Source: Melioribacter sp. (lineage in GTDB: Bacteria; Bacteroidota; Ignavibacteria; Ignavibacteriales; Melioribacteraceae). Taken from it: DNA of 64,000 bases. The translations under genes and the position numbers were made by a program. Below, one piece after another: positions 46,356-55,794 of the stretch. Numbering within the stretch: the stretch's first letter is position 1; every line of letters starts with the position of its first letter. The stretch spans positions 4,958 through 68,957 of the forward strand of contig JAHEZQ010000022.1 of the NCBI GenBank assembly GCA_023250955.1. The letters run 5' to 3'. The notes beneath the pieces are model-generated. The model was not told the DNA's origin and made no database searches. It worked only from the letters and a program-made list of their open reading frames with translations.

Positions 46356-47342
46356 ATGTTCATAGACTACGCAAAGATTTATATCAAAGCCGGCAACGGC
46401 GGCGATGGTGCTGTGGCTTTTAGGAGAGAGAAGTATGTTCCTAAAGGCGGACCCGCAGGAGGCAACGGCGGCACCGGAGGAAGTGTAATTTTCCGTGCGG
46501 ACCGGAATCTAACTACACTTTTAGATTTTCAGTATAAAAGAAAATACATTGCTGATGACGGAGACCCGGGCGGATCTTCATTAAAAGACGGAAAGAACGG
46601 TCAAGATATTATTATTAAAATTCCTATCGGAACTTTGATTAAGGACGCAGAAACAAATGAAATAATTTTTGATTTGGACTCAGATCAAAAAGAATTTGTA
46701 GCAGTAAAAGGTGGCAAGGGCGGCAAGGGGAACAGTAACTTTGCAACTCCTACAAATCAAACCCCGCGCTTTGCAGAACCCGGAAGACCGGGTGCAGAAA
46801 AAAATATTGAATTGGAATTAAAATTAATTGCCGATGTCGGTCTTGTTGGATTTCCAAATTCCGGTAAATCGACTTTGATCTCTGTGATCTCAGATGCAAA
46901 ACCGAAAATTGCAGATTATCCTTTCACTACACTTGAACCTAATTTGGGAATTGTTCGTTATAAAAATTATCAAAGTATTACAGTTGCGGATATTCCCGGA
47001 ATAATTGAAGGCGCACATCTTGGTAAAGGACTCGGATTAAAATTTCTAAGGCATATCGAAAGAACTAAAATTCTTTTGATAATGATTGACATCACTTCGG
47101 AAGATTACGTTAAAGATTATAAAACACTTCTTGGAGAACTTGAGAAGTATTCAAAAATTTTGAGTAAGAAGAAAAAATTTGTAGCATTAACTAAATCCGA
47201 TCTAATCGAACCAAAAGAATTAAAAAAATTACGTAGCAAAAAAATCCCCGGTTATAAAGGAGAAATGTTAATTTTTTCCTCTGCAACAAAAGACGGTATT
47301 GATAAATTACTCGATGTACTTTGGAAAGAATTGAATGATTAA
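46356..47342 (+). CDS. obg: GTPase Obg
   Basis: 328 aa. Gly-rich Obg fold (GNGGDG, GGNGG), G1 GFPNSGKST. Confidence 0.92.
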   Translation: MFIDYAKIYIKAGNGGDGAVAFRREKYVPKGGPAGGNGGTGGSVIFRADRNLTTLLDFQYKRKYIADDGDPGGSSLKDGKNGQDIIIKIPIGTLIKDAETNEIIFDLDSDQKEFVAVKGGKGGKGNSNFATPTNQTPRFAEPGRPGAEKNIELELKLIADVGLVGFPNSGKSTLISVISDAKPKIADYPFTTLEPNLGIVRYKNYQSITVADIPGIIEGAHLGKGLGLKFLRHIERTKILLIMIDITSEDYVKDYKTLLGELEKYSKILSKKKKFVALTKSDLIEPKELKKLRSKKIPGYKGEMLIFSSATKDGIDKLLDVLWKELND

Positions 47343-47392
47343 CTATTCGATTTTTTAAAAAGATTCTGTACATCCAAATAGAAAGGTTTACC

Positions 47393-48226
47393 ATGGAAAA
47401 GAAAAACTTAAAAATCATTTTTATAGTACTGATTCTTATTATTGCCGCATGTTCAACCGGCTTGAATATTTTTACTGATCAAGATGAAGTGAATTTTGGT
47501 GCGCAAATGGATCAGGAGATTCGTAAAACTCCTCAGCAATATGTTATTTACAAAGGTGACCCTTCAATAAAAGATTATATTGATAAAAATATTTTTCGAC
47601 CAATTTTAGCATCACCTGAAGTTGCCAAAAAGAGTGTGTATAAATATCAATTAGAAATTCTACAGAACGACACAACTCTAAATGCATTTGCGACACCAGG
47701 CGGTTACGTTTATGTCTATACAGGTTTATTAAAGTATCTTGATTCTGAAGCAGCGCTTGCCGGTGTTATAGGACATGAAATTGCACATGCTGAAAGAAGA
47801 CATGCAACACAAAGAATGACTGAGATGTATGGTTTTCAAATACTAGCAAGTCTAGCACTAGGACAAAATCCATCACAGGTTGCAGAAATTGCTGCAAATT
47901 TAGTTACAGGTCTAACTCTATTAGCTAACAGTCGTGCAAATGAAGATGAAAGTGATCAATTCTCAGTTAAATATTTAGCATCAACAAAATATTATCCGGG
48001 CAGTGTAAAATTCTTTTTTGAGAAATTACGTGATGACGGTAAAGTTGCTCAGCGTGGTAGTGGAATTGGTACTTTTCTTTCAACTCATCCTGACCCGATA
48101 GCAAGAATAACATCTACGGACCAACGTTTACAAGCTCAGGGATTAGAAATTAAGAATTATAAAGCAACAGGCAAGGGAATCTATAAGGACGAATACAAGA
48201 AAAATATACTCGCTAAATTAAGATAA
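47393..48226 (+). CDS. M48-family zinc metallopeptidase lipoprotein
   Basis: 277 aa. Lipobox IAACS, HEIAHAERRH. Confidence 0.8.
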   Translation: MEKKNLKIIFIVLILIIAACSTGLNIFTDQDEVNFGAQMDQEIRKTPQQYVIYKGDPSIKDYIDKNIFRPILASPEVAKKSVYKYQLEILQNDTTLNAFATPGGYVYVYTGLLKYLDSEAALAGVIGHEIAHAERRHATQRMTEMYGFQILASLALGQNPSQVAEIAANLVTGLTLLANSRANEDESDQFSVKYLASTKYYPGSVKFFFEKLRDDGKVAQRGSGIGTFLSTHPDPIARITSTDQRLQAQGLEIKNYKATGKGIYKDEYKKNILAKLR

Positions 48227-48304
48227 CAGAGCAAAAACAAGCCTATCATTGGCTTGAACTTGGAAGGGTGATGCTTTATATTTACACCCCGTTTTAAGCG
48301 ATTT

Positions 48305-48378
48305 GGCGAGGTAGCTCAGCTGGTTAGAGCAATGGAATCATAATCCATGTGTCGGGGGTTCGAATCCCTCCCTCGCTA
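48305..48378 (+). tRNA. tRNA with CAU anticodon (elongator Met, or Ile2 if lysidine-modified)
   Basis: Hand-folded cloverleaf: acceptor GGCGAGG/CCTCGCT (G1-U72 wobble), D arm GCTC-AGCTGGTTA-GAGC, anticodon arm ATGGA-ATCATAA-TCCAT, T arm GGGGG-TTCGAAT-CCCTC, discriminator A. No encoded CCA. Confidence 0.85.
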
Positions 48379-48397
48379 CTATTAACAAGGAGTCTAT

Positions 48398-48742
48398 ATG
48401 TACACATTACTTATTATGCTTTCAGTTATTATTGCATTTTTTCTGATAATTGTTGTTTTGCTTCAATCAAGCAAAGGCGGCGGATTAGCAGGTTCGTTCG
48501 GCGGTGCTGGTCAATTTGGAACAGTTTTCGGCACAAGAAGGACAGCAGATTTCTTAAGCCGAATTACCTGGTGGTTGGGCGGCGCACTGTTAATTTTGGC
48601 AGTAGTTATTAATTTATTCTTTTTACCGGGTCAATCAACATCTGCACAGCAAGAAAGTATTATTCAGGGCGGAGGAAGACAACCGGTACCAACTGCACCT
48701 GCCTTACCGCAGCAGCGATCAACTCAACCGGCTCAAAAATAA
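48398..48742 (+). CDS. secG: preprotein translocase subunit SecG
   Basis: 114 aa. MYTLLIMLSVIIAFFLIIVVLLQSSKGGGL typical SecG N-terminus, second TM, Q/P-rich tail. Confidence 0.85.
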   Translation: MYTLLIMLSVIIAFFLIIVVLLQSSKGGGLAGSFGGAGQFGTVFGTRRTADFLSRITWWLGGALLILAVVINLFFLPGQSTSAQQESIIQGGGRQPVPTAPALPQQRSTQPAQK

Positions 48743-48840
48743 ATTTTGGATTAAGCCTCGGACACTCGGGGCTTTCTTCTCATAAGTTAATCATGAATAC
48801 TATTCTTAAATCTGATCTTATTTATTTTATTTGGTGAAAA

Positions 48841-49671
48841 ATGAAAAATGGACATAAGCCGCCTGTAAAGGCTTACAATAATTTAGAATTCTTAAATTCT
48901 GCAGACGGCAGGACGATTAGAATTCTATCGGAATTTTATGAACCTAAAGCACGTTTCAGAAAAAATAAAATTGTTGATACAGTAGTTTTTTTCGGTTCGG
49001 CAAGAATAATTTCCAGAAAAGATGCTTTAAAACTTTTGAATCAAGCAAAGAAAGAAAAATCATCTTCTTCAAAGAAAAAATTTGAACATGCTCTAAAACT
49101 TTTGGAAATGTCTCAGTATTATGAAGATGCTGTTGAACTTTCAAAAAGATTAACAGAATGGTCTATGGCTCTTCCTGTTAATGAGAAGAGATTTATTATA
49201 TGCAGCGGCGGCGGTCCGGGTATTATGGAAGCTGCTAATAAAGGAGCTAAACTTGCAAACGGGCATTCAATAGGTTTGAACATCAGCATTCCTTTCGAAC
49301 AATTTGTTAATAAATATGTTGATCCCGAATTAGCTTTTGAGTTTCACTATTTCTTTATGAGAAAATTTTGGTTTATTTATCTGGCAAAAGTTCTTGTTGC
49401 ATTCCCGGGTGGATTTGGCACGATGGATGAACTAATGGAAGTTATCACTTTGATTCAGACGAAAAAAGTTACCAAGCCGCTTAAAGTAATTATATATGGC
49501 GAGAGCTATTGGCGCGAGGTTATTAATTTTGATGCAATGATTGAACATGGAATGATTAACAAAACAGATATGAAAATTTTAGATTTTTGTTCCAACGTTG
49601 ACGAAGCATTTGAAAAAATCACTTCACATCTTAGAAAACATTATCTCAATAATCACAATAATGGTAAATAA
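48841..49671 (+). CDS. LOG/TIGR00730-family (lysine-decarboxylase-like) nucleotide-binding protein
   Basis: 276 aa. GGGPGIMEAANKGA and PGGFGTMDE motifs. Confidence 0.8.
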   Translation: MKNGHKPPVKAYNNLEFLNSADGRTIRILSEFYEPKARFRKNKIVDTVVFFGSARIISRKDALKLLNQAKKEKSSSSKKKFEHALKLLEMSQYYEDAVELSKRLTEWSMALPVNEKRFIICSGGGPGIMEAANKGAKLANGHSIGLNISIPFEQFVNKYVDPELAFEFHYFFMRKFWFIYLAKVLVAFPGGFGTMDELMEVITLIQTKKVTKPLKVIIYGESYWREVINFDAMIEHGMINKTDMKILDFCSNVDEAFEKITSHLRKHYLNNHNNGK

Positions 49672-49672
49672 G

Positions 49673-49702
49673 AAAAAACCCCGCAAGTGCGGGGTTTTTT
49701 TT
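49673..49702. terminator. bidirectional rho-independent terminator
   Basis: AAAAAA-CCCCGC-aagt-GCGGGG-TTTTTTTT, between the convergent LOG-like gene and rpsU. Confidence 0.85.
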
Positions 49703-49703
49703 G

Positions 49704-49910
49704 TTATGACGATTTTCTATCGCGCATAGCTTGATCTCTTGAAGCTCTTCGCTTTGCTTTAATTCCTTCCAATCTTTTTTCAACGGACGGTTTAACAAAG
49801 AAAGTTCTCTTCTTGAATTCTTTTAGAACACCTGAACGCTCATATTTTTTCTTAAAACGCTTTAACGCTTTATCAATATTCTCGTTCTCTGAAACGGTAA
49901 TTCCAACCAA
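49704..49910 (-). CDS. rpsU: 30S ribosomal protein S21
   Basis: 68 aa. [30 protein letters not shown] matches the S21 pattern. TTG start. Confidence 0.9.
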   Translation of the reverse strand: MVGITVSENENIDKALKRFKKKYERSGVLKEFKKRTFFVKPSVEKRLEGIKAKRRASRDQAMRDRKSS

Positions 49911-50012
49911 CTGATATCACCTACCTTATTGTTGATAAAATTTTTGCGGCGTAAACCTATAAAAATCGGTACTGAGAATCAAATCAGGCAAGTAATTGGT
50001 ATTACAACCCCT

Positions 50013-50465
50013 TTAATCTTCATCGGGTTTAATCACTAAAACCGGGCATTTTGCATACCTGATAACCTTTTCAGCTACACTGCCCATTAAAGTATGCAGA
50101 ACACCTGTCCTTCCGTGTGTAGCAATGACAATCAAATCACAACTATTCTCATTAGCATATTTGATGATCTCCTCGTAATCAATTCCTTTTCTTAATACCT
50201 CAATAACATTTAATGAAGAATCTTCTCTCAAATCTTCTGCAGCTTCATTTAATTGTAATTTTGCATCATCTTCCATCTTACGAAGAATATTTTCTTTAGA
50301 ATCACCTTGGTTTCCTGAAGTCGAAAATGGCGGAGTTTTTTCTAATACATGGATCAAATGAACATTTGCATTCATTCTTTCTGCAAGATCTTTAGCATAA
50401 CTAAATGCACTGGCAGAAAATTTACTTAGATCGGTTGGAACGATAATGTTTTTGATGATGAACAT
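50013..50465 (-). CDS. universal stress protein (UspA family)
   Basis: 150 aa. ATHGRTGVLHTLMGSVAEKV ATP-binding motif. Confidence 0.85.
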   Translation of the reverse strand: MFIIKNIIVPTDLSKFSASAFSYAKDLAERMNANVHLIHVLEKTPPFSTSGNQGDSKENILRKMEDDAKLQLNEAAEDLREDSSLNVIEVLRKGIDYEEIIKYANENSCDLIVIATHGRTGVLHTLMGSVAEKVIRYAKCPVLVIKPDED

Positions 50466-50487
50466 ATTTTTAGCTTAATGAAGAAGA

Positions 50488-50715
50488 TTAGTTGTTAATG
50501 TTTTGCGATATATATAGAAATATTTTTTTGTCTAAACCAATTGGGGATTTACAGCAGGCGAACCGTGTTCTTAAAAGATCTTTCATACATTTTTGAATCA
50601 TATATTCTTTCCGGATAACACAATCATCAGCAATAAGTCTTTTCATGCGGAAGCAAATATTCTGATCTTTTAATTCTTCATCCACGTAAGATGTTATTTC
50701 TTCTAACAATTCCAT
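50488..50715 (-). CDS. putative small Cys-rich anti-sigma factor
   Basis: 75 aa, 2 nt downstream of the ECF sigma gene. Several Cys residues. Assignment rests on position only. Confidence 0.45.
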   Translation of the reverse strand: MELLEEITSYVDEELKDQNICFRMKRLIADDCVIRKEYMIQKCMKDLLRTRFACCKSPIGLDKKIFLYISQNINN

Positions 50716-50717
50716 TT

Positions 50718-51335
50718 TTATAAACTGGATTTTTTTGCGAGAATTTTTTTCTTAATGAAACCTTTGTCTTTGGCGTAATCGAAAAGTTGGACATAAAGCA
50801 TTTTGCGTGCACGGTGTAAACGCGATCTAACTGTTCCTACCGGGATATCAACAAAGTCGGCAATCTCTTCGTATGTAAATCCTTCAATATCACTTAAGAT
50901 TACTACCGTTCTAAAGTCTTCCGGCAATTCCGATATTGCTTTCGAGACATCATCATCAAGCAGATTTGCAAAAGCATCTTCTTCATAGTGCTGGGTCTCA
51001 ACTTCATCGGCTTTTATATTCTCATAAAAATTTTGAATGTCGTCGTAATCAACTTTATTTGGTTCTTTGGTCGTCTTGCGGTAATCGTTAATGAATGAGT
51101 TCTTTAAAATTCTAAAGAGCCATGCTTTGCAGTTTGTACCTTTTTCAAATTTATCGAAGAAGCGGAATGCTTTTAGATAGGTTTCTTGAACGAGATCATC
51201 GGCGTCATCTTCATCGCCGGTCATCCTTAGTGCGAAGTTATATACTGCATCAAGATGAGGAACTGCTTCTTTTTCAAATTCTGCATACCTCTGTTGAAGT
51301 TCTTTATCATTCAACGTATTTGTTATTGCGCGCAT
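50718..51335 (-). CDS. ECF-type RNA polymerase sigma-70 family factor
   Basis: 205 aa. Region 2 (DLVQETYLKAFR) and region 4 (YEEIADFVDIPVGTVRSRLHRARK). Confidence 0.88.
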   Translation of the reverse strand: MRAITNTLNDKELQQRYAEFEKEAVPHLDAVYNFALRMTGDEDDADDLVQETYLKAFRFFDKFEKGTNCKAWLFRILKNSFINDYRKTTKEPNKVDYDDIQNFYENIKADEVETQHYEEDAFANLLDDDVSKAISELPEDFRTVVILSDIEGFTYEEIADFVDIPVGTVRSRLHRARKMLYVQLFDYAKDKGFIKKKILAKKSSL

Positions 51336-51417
51336 TGTAGTCGCTTTCTAACAATAAAAAATTATTGTTATCATTAAAATAATTAATTAGCTCTCCATTT
51401 GATAATGAAGTAATCTG

Positions 51418-52629
51418 CTATTTAACCTTTTCTATAATGAATCCGTTCCTAACTTCTTTTTTAAGTTGACCGTTAAATAAGATTTTCAGATCGGCAGGTT
51501 CATCAACATTAAGTTTATTATCCGGAATTACTTGATAACCGGTTAGATCGTGTTCTTCTATACCGTAGAAAATTGAAAGATCGCCTAAATCGGCAATTTT
51601 ACTTTTATAATAGAATGATTGTAATTCTTTATTAAGTTTTTTCTCACGCTTAATTCCGATATCAATCTTAAAATTTCTTCCGTTATAGTTTAAGGTTAAA
51701 TTTCTTAAAAGTAGATCAAAAAGAAGTTCTTCGTTTTCCGGAATATCGAAATACTTTTTATGTTCAATACTTTCATAATCTTTTTCCGCAATTGATTTGA
51801 AAGCGGAAAGTAAAGCAACGAAATTCAATTTGCGGACAAAATCTTTTTTTACATCGTTTTTATAAAAGCCGGACTCAATTAAAATTATGCTAATACCATT
51901 CCTGGTAAAATTATCACCGAATGCACGCGGTTCAAAATCATCTTTGTAACGCGCAATGTTTTGAGGAATGAAAAGTGAAAGAGCTTCCTTGATTCTGCAA
52001 ATTACCTGCATACTTTTTTCGCGCGTGTAATTTATACTTTTAACATAATTCATCGGCGAAGATAAAAGAGAAATTGCCGAAGCGTTATTTGATTTTCCCG
52101 CTGTGTAATAGCTGTTTTGATCGTGTAAATTAAAGCCGAACTCTGGTTCAAGCTTTTCTGCATAATCCCAAATAATTTTTGATTCATCGGATTGCAAACG
52201 CAAAGCATCACGGTTGAGATCAACACTATAAGCATTCTCGCGCGTGAACATTTCGGCACCGTCGGGATTTAACATCGGGATAAAATGAAATGTAATTTTC
52301 TTTAGAAGGATTTCTCGCAGATCATCATACTTATCACTTGAAGAGAAAAAATTGAACAGATCGAACAGTGCTGAAGTTGCGGTTGGTTCATCACCGTGCA
52401 TCTGTGACCAAGCTAAAATTTTTGTTTCACCTTCACCCAACACAGCAGAAAATATTTCTTTTCTTTCAAGCGACTCACCAATTTTTTCAATTCGGAAAAG
52501 ATTGTTGGTTTGCATTCCGGCAATAAGTTCTTTGAGCTGTGCGTGACTAATAAAATCTGAATTAAGTTTTTTCTCGCGGTAATTATCATAATCGTTAAAA
52601 AGTGACTTAAAGAGTTCGTTGGAATTCAA
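51418..52629 (-). CDS. M14-family zinc carboxypeptidase-like protein (cytoplasmic type)
   Basis: 403 aa. MHGDE (HxxE), NPDGAE and DLNRD motifs. No signal peptide. Confidence 0.7.
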   Translation of the reverse strand: MNSNELFKSLFNDYDNYREKKLNSDFISHAQLKELIAGMQTNNLFRIEKIGESLERKEIFSAVLGEGETKILAWSQMHGDEPTATSALFDLFNFFSSSDKYDDLREILLKKITFHFIPMLNPDGAEMFTRENAYSVDLNRDALRLQSDESKIIWDYAEKLEPEFGFNLHDQNSYYTAGKSNNASAISLLSSPMNYVKSINYTREKSMQVICRIKEALSLFIPQNIARYKDDFEPRAFGDNFTRNGISIILIESGFYKNDVKKDFVRKLNFVALLSAFKSIAEKDYESIEHKKYFDIPENEELLFDLLLRNLTLNYNGRNFKIDIGIKREKKLNKELQSFYYKSKIADLGDLSIFYGIEEHDLTGYQVIPDNKLNVDEPADLKILFNGQLKKEVRNGFIIEKVK

Positions 52630-52724
52630 TTTATACTCCGTTATTTTTCACTAAGTAAATTTCAACAAGTTTAGTATTGATTCAAAAATAATTTAAGAAA
52701 TATTTTAGATACACGGAGGATTTT

Positions 52725-53264
52725 ATGGCAACCGATACATTAAAAATCGGCTCTTTGGCACCGGACTTTAACTTGTCTGCAACCAACGGCAAGAAATATT
52801 CGCTTAACACATTTGCAGATAAAAAAGCACTTATAGTGGTATTCAGTTGTAATCACTGTCCTTATGTTCAAGCTTATGAAGACAGGATTATGGAAATACA
52901 AAAAGATTACGCAAAAGATCTTCAGGTAATTGCGATTAGTTCAAACGAGGATGAAAATTATCCGGAGGATTCTTTTGAGAATATGAAAGCACGTGCGCAG
53001 ATGAAGAAGTTTAATTTTCCGTATTTGCATGATGAAACTCAAAACGTTGCAAAAGCTTACGGTGCAACTCACACGCCGGAAATTTTTCTTTTTGACAAAG
53101 AAAGGAAAATGGTCTTCCACGGAAAGATTGACGATAACTGGCAAGAACCTCAAAGTGTAAAAAGTAAATATTTACGAAATGCAATTGATGAACTCTTAAG
53201 CGGAAAACAAATCTCTGTGCCGGAAACGTTTACTATAGGTTGTACGATTAAATGGAAAAAATAA
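52725..53264 (+). CDS. thioredoxin-fold (AhpC/TSA-redoxin-like) protein
   Basis: 179 aa. FSCNHCPYV CxxC-type motif in a redoxin-like context. Confidence 0.7.
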   Translation: MATDTLKIGSLAPDFNLSATNGKKYSLNTFADKKALIVVFSCNHCPYVQAYEDRIMEIQKDYAKDLQVIAISSNEDENYPEDSFENMKARAQMKKFNFPYLHDETQNVAKAYGATHTPEIFLFDKERKMVFHGKIDDNWQEPQSVKSKYLRNAIDELLSGKQISVPETFTIGCTIKWKK

Positions 53265-53295
53265 ATTTTAAGTAATAAATGTTAAGTTCTGGATA

Positions 53296-53487
53296 GTGGT
53301 AACGACGGGGTTTTTAAGCCGCCGCTCATAACTGCAATGCCGCTTTGAAAAACCTACGCCAATAATTATTTACAAATGTGTTTTGTCCACTATATTCAAA
53401 AAGCAACTAAATTTTGCAGAGCTACTTTATAACAACACAAATGCCGCAATGTTTAAAGCGGACGCCTTGGAAAACTGGTTATACCGC
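53296..53487 (-). repeat. attC-like long junction element, copy 2 (3' frame of locus B)
   Basis: Gene orientation: GCGGTATAAC CAGTTTTCCAAGGCGTCCGCTTTAAACATTGCGGCATTT ... GAGCGGCGGCTTAAAAACCCCGTC GTTACCAC. Homologous to 9951-10144. Confidence 0.75.
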
Positions 53488-53512
53488 CTTCGTATTAAAC
53501 AAGAACAGAAAA

Positions 53513-54751
53513 TCATTTTTCCAATTCTTCGATTCTAATAAATTTACTTTTTTCAGTAAGTAACAACTTAGATTTTTGTTCAATTCTGTTTTGAATTAAG
53601 TCCTTAAGTTTATAGTCAATTATACCAATATCGGAAAATAGATCACGATAAATATGATAACGTTTCTCCCACGTCTTCTTGTGAGATGAAATTTCCACTT
53701 TGAGATCTCTTCCTAGTTCCATTAGCTGACCAGCGACATCATTCATTTTATTGTTATAATCATTGCTTGATAGATAATCATAAACACGTTGAACAGCTTT
53801 TTGTTTTGCCTCGTTTGACATTTTCAGCAATGCTATTTTTACAAGACTTTCACGGAGAGTATAAGTTATTGGTTCAAGACTTACTGGACTTATAACAAAG
53901 ACGGTATTTTCCACAAAGTAATATTGTTTCTTTGAAGGGAATGCATTTGTAACCAATATTGCAAAATCAGCTTGGCGTATTTTGCGAGCTTCTTTAGCTT
54001 GTTCGATATGATTTTTGCTAAATGTTTTTACTTTTTTGCATTCGTAGACAATTTTCCCAATTTCTTTTTCTTGTTCGAGAACTATCTGAATAATGTCGCC
54101 AGCTTTTCCAGGATGTTCAAATTTGTCTTGGGGAAAAAGCTCCTTGAGCTTTGCAAGAAGTTTATCTTCTTCTAATAAACCTTCAATTTGTGGAGTTATA
54201 CCTTTCTCTATTTGCTCTTTCAGTTTTTTGATTTCGTCATTAGCTTGTTCATATTTCTTAGCAGATACTTTGAGACTGTTTTCGAGCTGAGACATTTTGT
54301 TTTTAGTTTTTTTAAGGTCGTCTTGCTGCTTCTTGAATTCTTTTTTCTGAGTCTCAACTCCTTTATCAACTCCTTTTTTAATCTCAGTCTTCAATTTATG
54401 GTTGAAAGATTTTTCTAATTGATTTCGCTGATTTTTCATTTGCAACGAAGCTTTCTTTGCTTGTTCAGTCAAAATGCGTTTAGAATCACGCAATAATTTT
54501 GCTTGTTGTTTCTTAAATTCATTCGCTTGTCCCTTAACTTGATCTTTATAAACTTTTTCTTGCTCTTTAAGTTTCTTCCTCTCGGCTTCCAACTTCTTTT
54601 TATTAAGTTGTTCTTGTGCTTTCATTTTCTTCTGTTCAGCTACAAGATGTTTTATATGTTCTTGTTTGTCTTTCCACAAGCCAAGAGCTTTATCATATTC
54701 AGTTTCTGTCAAAGGTTTTCCACAAACTGGACACTTTAATGTTCGTTCCAT
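53513..54751 (-). CDS. DUF2130-like protein (CxxC knuckle, coiled coil, PD-(D/E)xK-like C-terminal domain), paralog B
   Basis: 412 aa. KCPVCG, long K/E/Q-rich coiled coil, GDIIQIV...GKIVYECK (D...ExK). AAGGAG RBS. Confidence 0.7.
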   Translation of the reverse strand: MERTLKCPVCGKPLTETEYDKALGLWKDKQEHIKHLVAEQKKMKAQEQLNKKKLEAERKKLKEQEKVYKDQVKGQANEFKKQQAKLLRDSKRILTEQAKKASLQMKNQRNQLEKSFNHKLKTEIKKGVDKGVETQKKEFKKQQDDLKKTKNKMSQLENSLKVSAKKYEQANDEIKKLKEQIEKGITPQIEGLLEEDKLLAKLKELFPQDKFEHPGKAGDIIQIVLEQEKEIGKIVYECKKVKTFSKNHIEQAKEARKIRQADFAILVTNAFPSKKQYYFVENTVFVISPVSLEPITYTLRESLVKIALLKMSNEAKQKAVQRVYDYLSSNDYNNKMNDVAGQLMELGRDLKVEISSHKKTWEKRYHIYRDLFSDIGIIDYKLKDLIQNRIEQKSKLLLTEKSKFIRIEELEK

Positions 54752-54785
54752 ATTTAGACTCCTTTACATTTTAGTAAAAACATAT

Positions 54786-54959
54786 GCGGTATAACGGCGT
54801 TACGGTTAAGCGGACGCCACGAAGTGTCGGATACCAACAACATGATTTATTGTTTATAAATTTCATTTGCACAAATGTCGAACAAAAACCAAATCAACTA
54901 AAACTACAAATACCACGACCGACTACAGCGTTCCGCATGAGACGCTTGTTATACACAAA
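54786..54959 (-). repeat. attC-like long junction element, copy 3 (between the two modules of locus B, diverged)
   Basis: Gene orientation: TTTGTGTATAAC AAGCGTCTCATGCGGAACGC ... GGCGTCCGCTTAACCGTAACGCC GTTATACCGC. It shares end motifs and central blocks (caaatgt, caactaaa) with copies 1 and 2. Confidence 0.65.
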
Positions 54960-54964
54960 CTCAA

Positions 54965-55786
54965 TTAACTATTTGCATATTCAACACACTTTGCTCTTAA
55001 TTCTGATATTTCATTAAGTGCTACTGGATTTTTGGCGAGATTAATTAATGGAAGATATTTTCTAATTAGATAACTCTCCATATTCTCAAAATCACCAGCA
55101 AATTCTATCCAGTTAACTACTAAGTTTGTATTAATCCAGTTGATAATGGTGGATTCGTTTCCTTTGTTGAACTTATAATTACGTTTGTTAGAATGGTTTT
55201 TCAATGAACCTTTTATTGGAAGGAAACCTAAAATAGCACCAAGGCTTCTAAAAAACGTTCCGTGACCCCTCGCCCTTAATTCTTGATTTAAAAAACGAGT
55301 ATTTAGACTTTCTGTCGCAATACCAATGTAAATGATATTGTGATTCCGTTTTTTAAGATGTTCGTTAAATGGGGCGGGAATTGAATCTTTATTTTTAATT
55401 CTGATACAATATATTCCAGGAACAGAGGGCACTTTTTCATCAATAGTATTTGCATCAATATAGTTGTCGGAATTAAATAAATATTTTTCCAGCTCTTTTG
55501 AATCAACAGAATTTTGAAAATCAACTTTGGGAGGATGTTCATTGATTAATTGAACAGGTGAATTTTTAGATAATCCAGAAATAACTTTTAAAATGACAAT
55601 ATTTCCTTTGCGATCAAATAAATGTGAATATTTTCTAGTTCTTCCGTGAATTTGAAATGCTGTAATTAAAGAGCCATCTTTCTTTTCATACCACTTACTT
55701 TTATTTAGTAGGTCTGCAATTTTTTGTGTGGTCATCGAGTTTTTATTCTCAGCTAATACTTTTATTATTGCCTCGTGAAGTGTCAT
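54965..55786 (-). CDS. HARE-HTH-like winged-helix domain fused to GIY-YIG-like nuclease domain
   Basis: 273 aa from ATG 55786 (RBS AAGGAAG); see the rejected 55858 start. N-terminus MTLHEAIIKVLAENKNSMTTQKIADLL...HLFDRKGNIVIL resembles HARE-HTH. C-terminus VPGIYCIRI...NIIYIGIA...R...E...N resembles GIY-YIG. Confidence 0.6.
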   Translation of the reverse strand: MTLHEAIIKVLAENKNSMTTQKIADLLNKSKWYEKKDGSLITAFQIHGRTRKYSHLFDRKGNIVILKVISGLSKNSPVQLINEHPPKVDFQNSVDSKELEKYLFNSDNYIDANTIDEKVPSVPGIYCIRIKNKDSIPAPFNEHLKKRNHNIIYIGIATESLNTRFLNQELRARGHGTFFRSLGAILGFLPIKGSLKNHSNKRNYKFNKGNESTIINWINTNLVVNWIEFAGDFENMESYLIRKYLPLINLAKNPVALNEISELRAKCVEYANS

Positions 55787-55794
55787 ATTCTTCC

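Noticed and set aside
48349-48612. 87-aa ORF overlapping the tRNA and secG
   Set aside because: It starts inside the tRNA gene and runs out of frame through secG, which has a clear family match. Spurious.
54784-55017. 77-aa plus-strand ORF inside long element copy 3 (and the 98-aa minus-strand ORF 9785..10081 over copy 1)
   Set aside because: They lie in repeated noncoding elements whose copies do not keep a common reading frame, and no RBS is present. Small peptides cannot be formally excluded.
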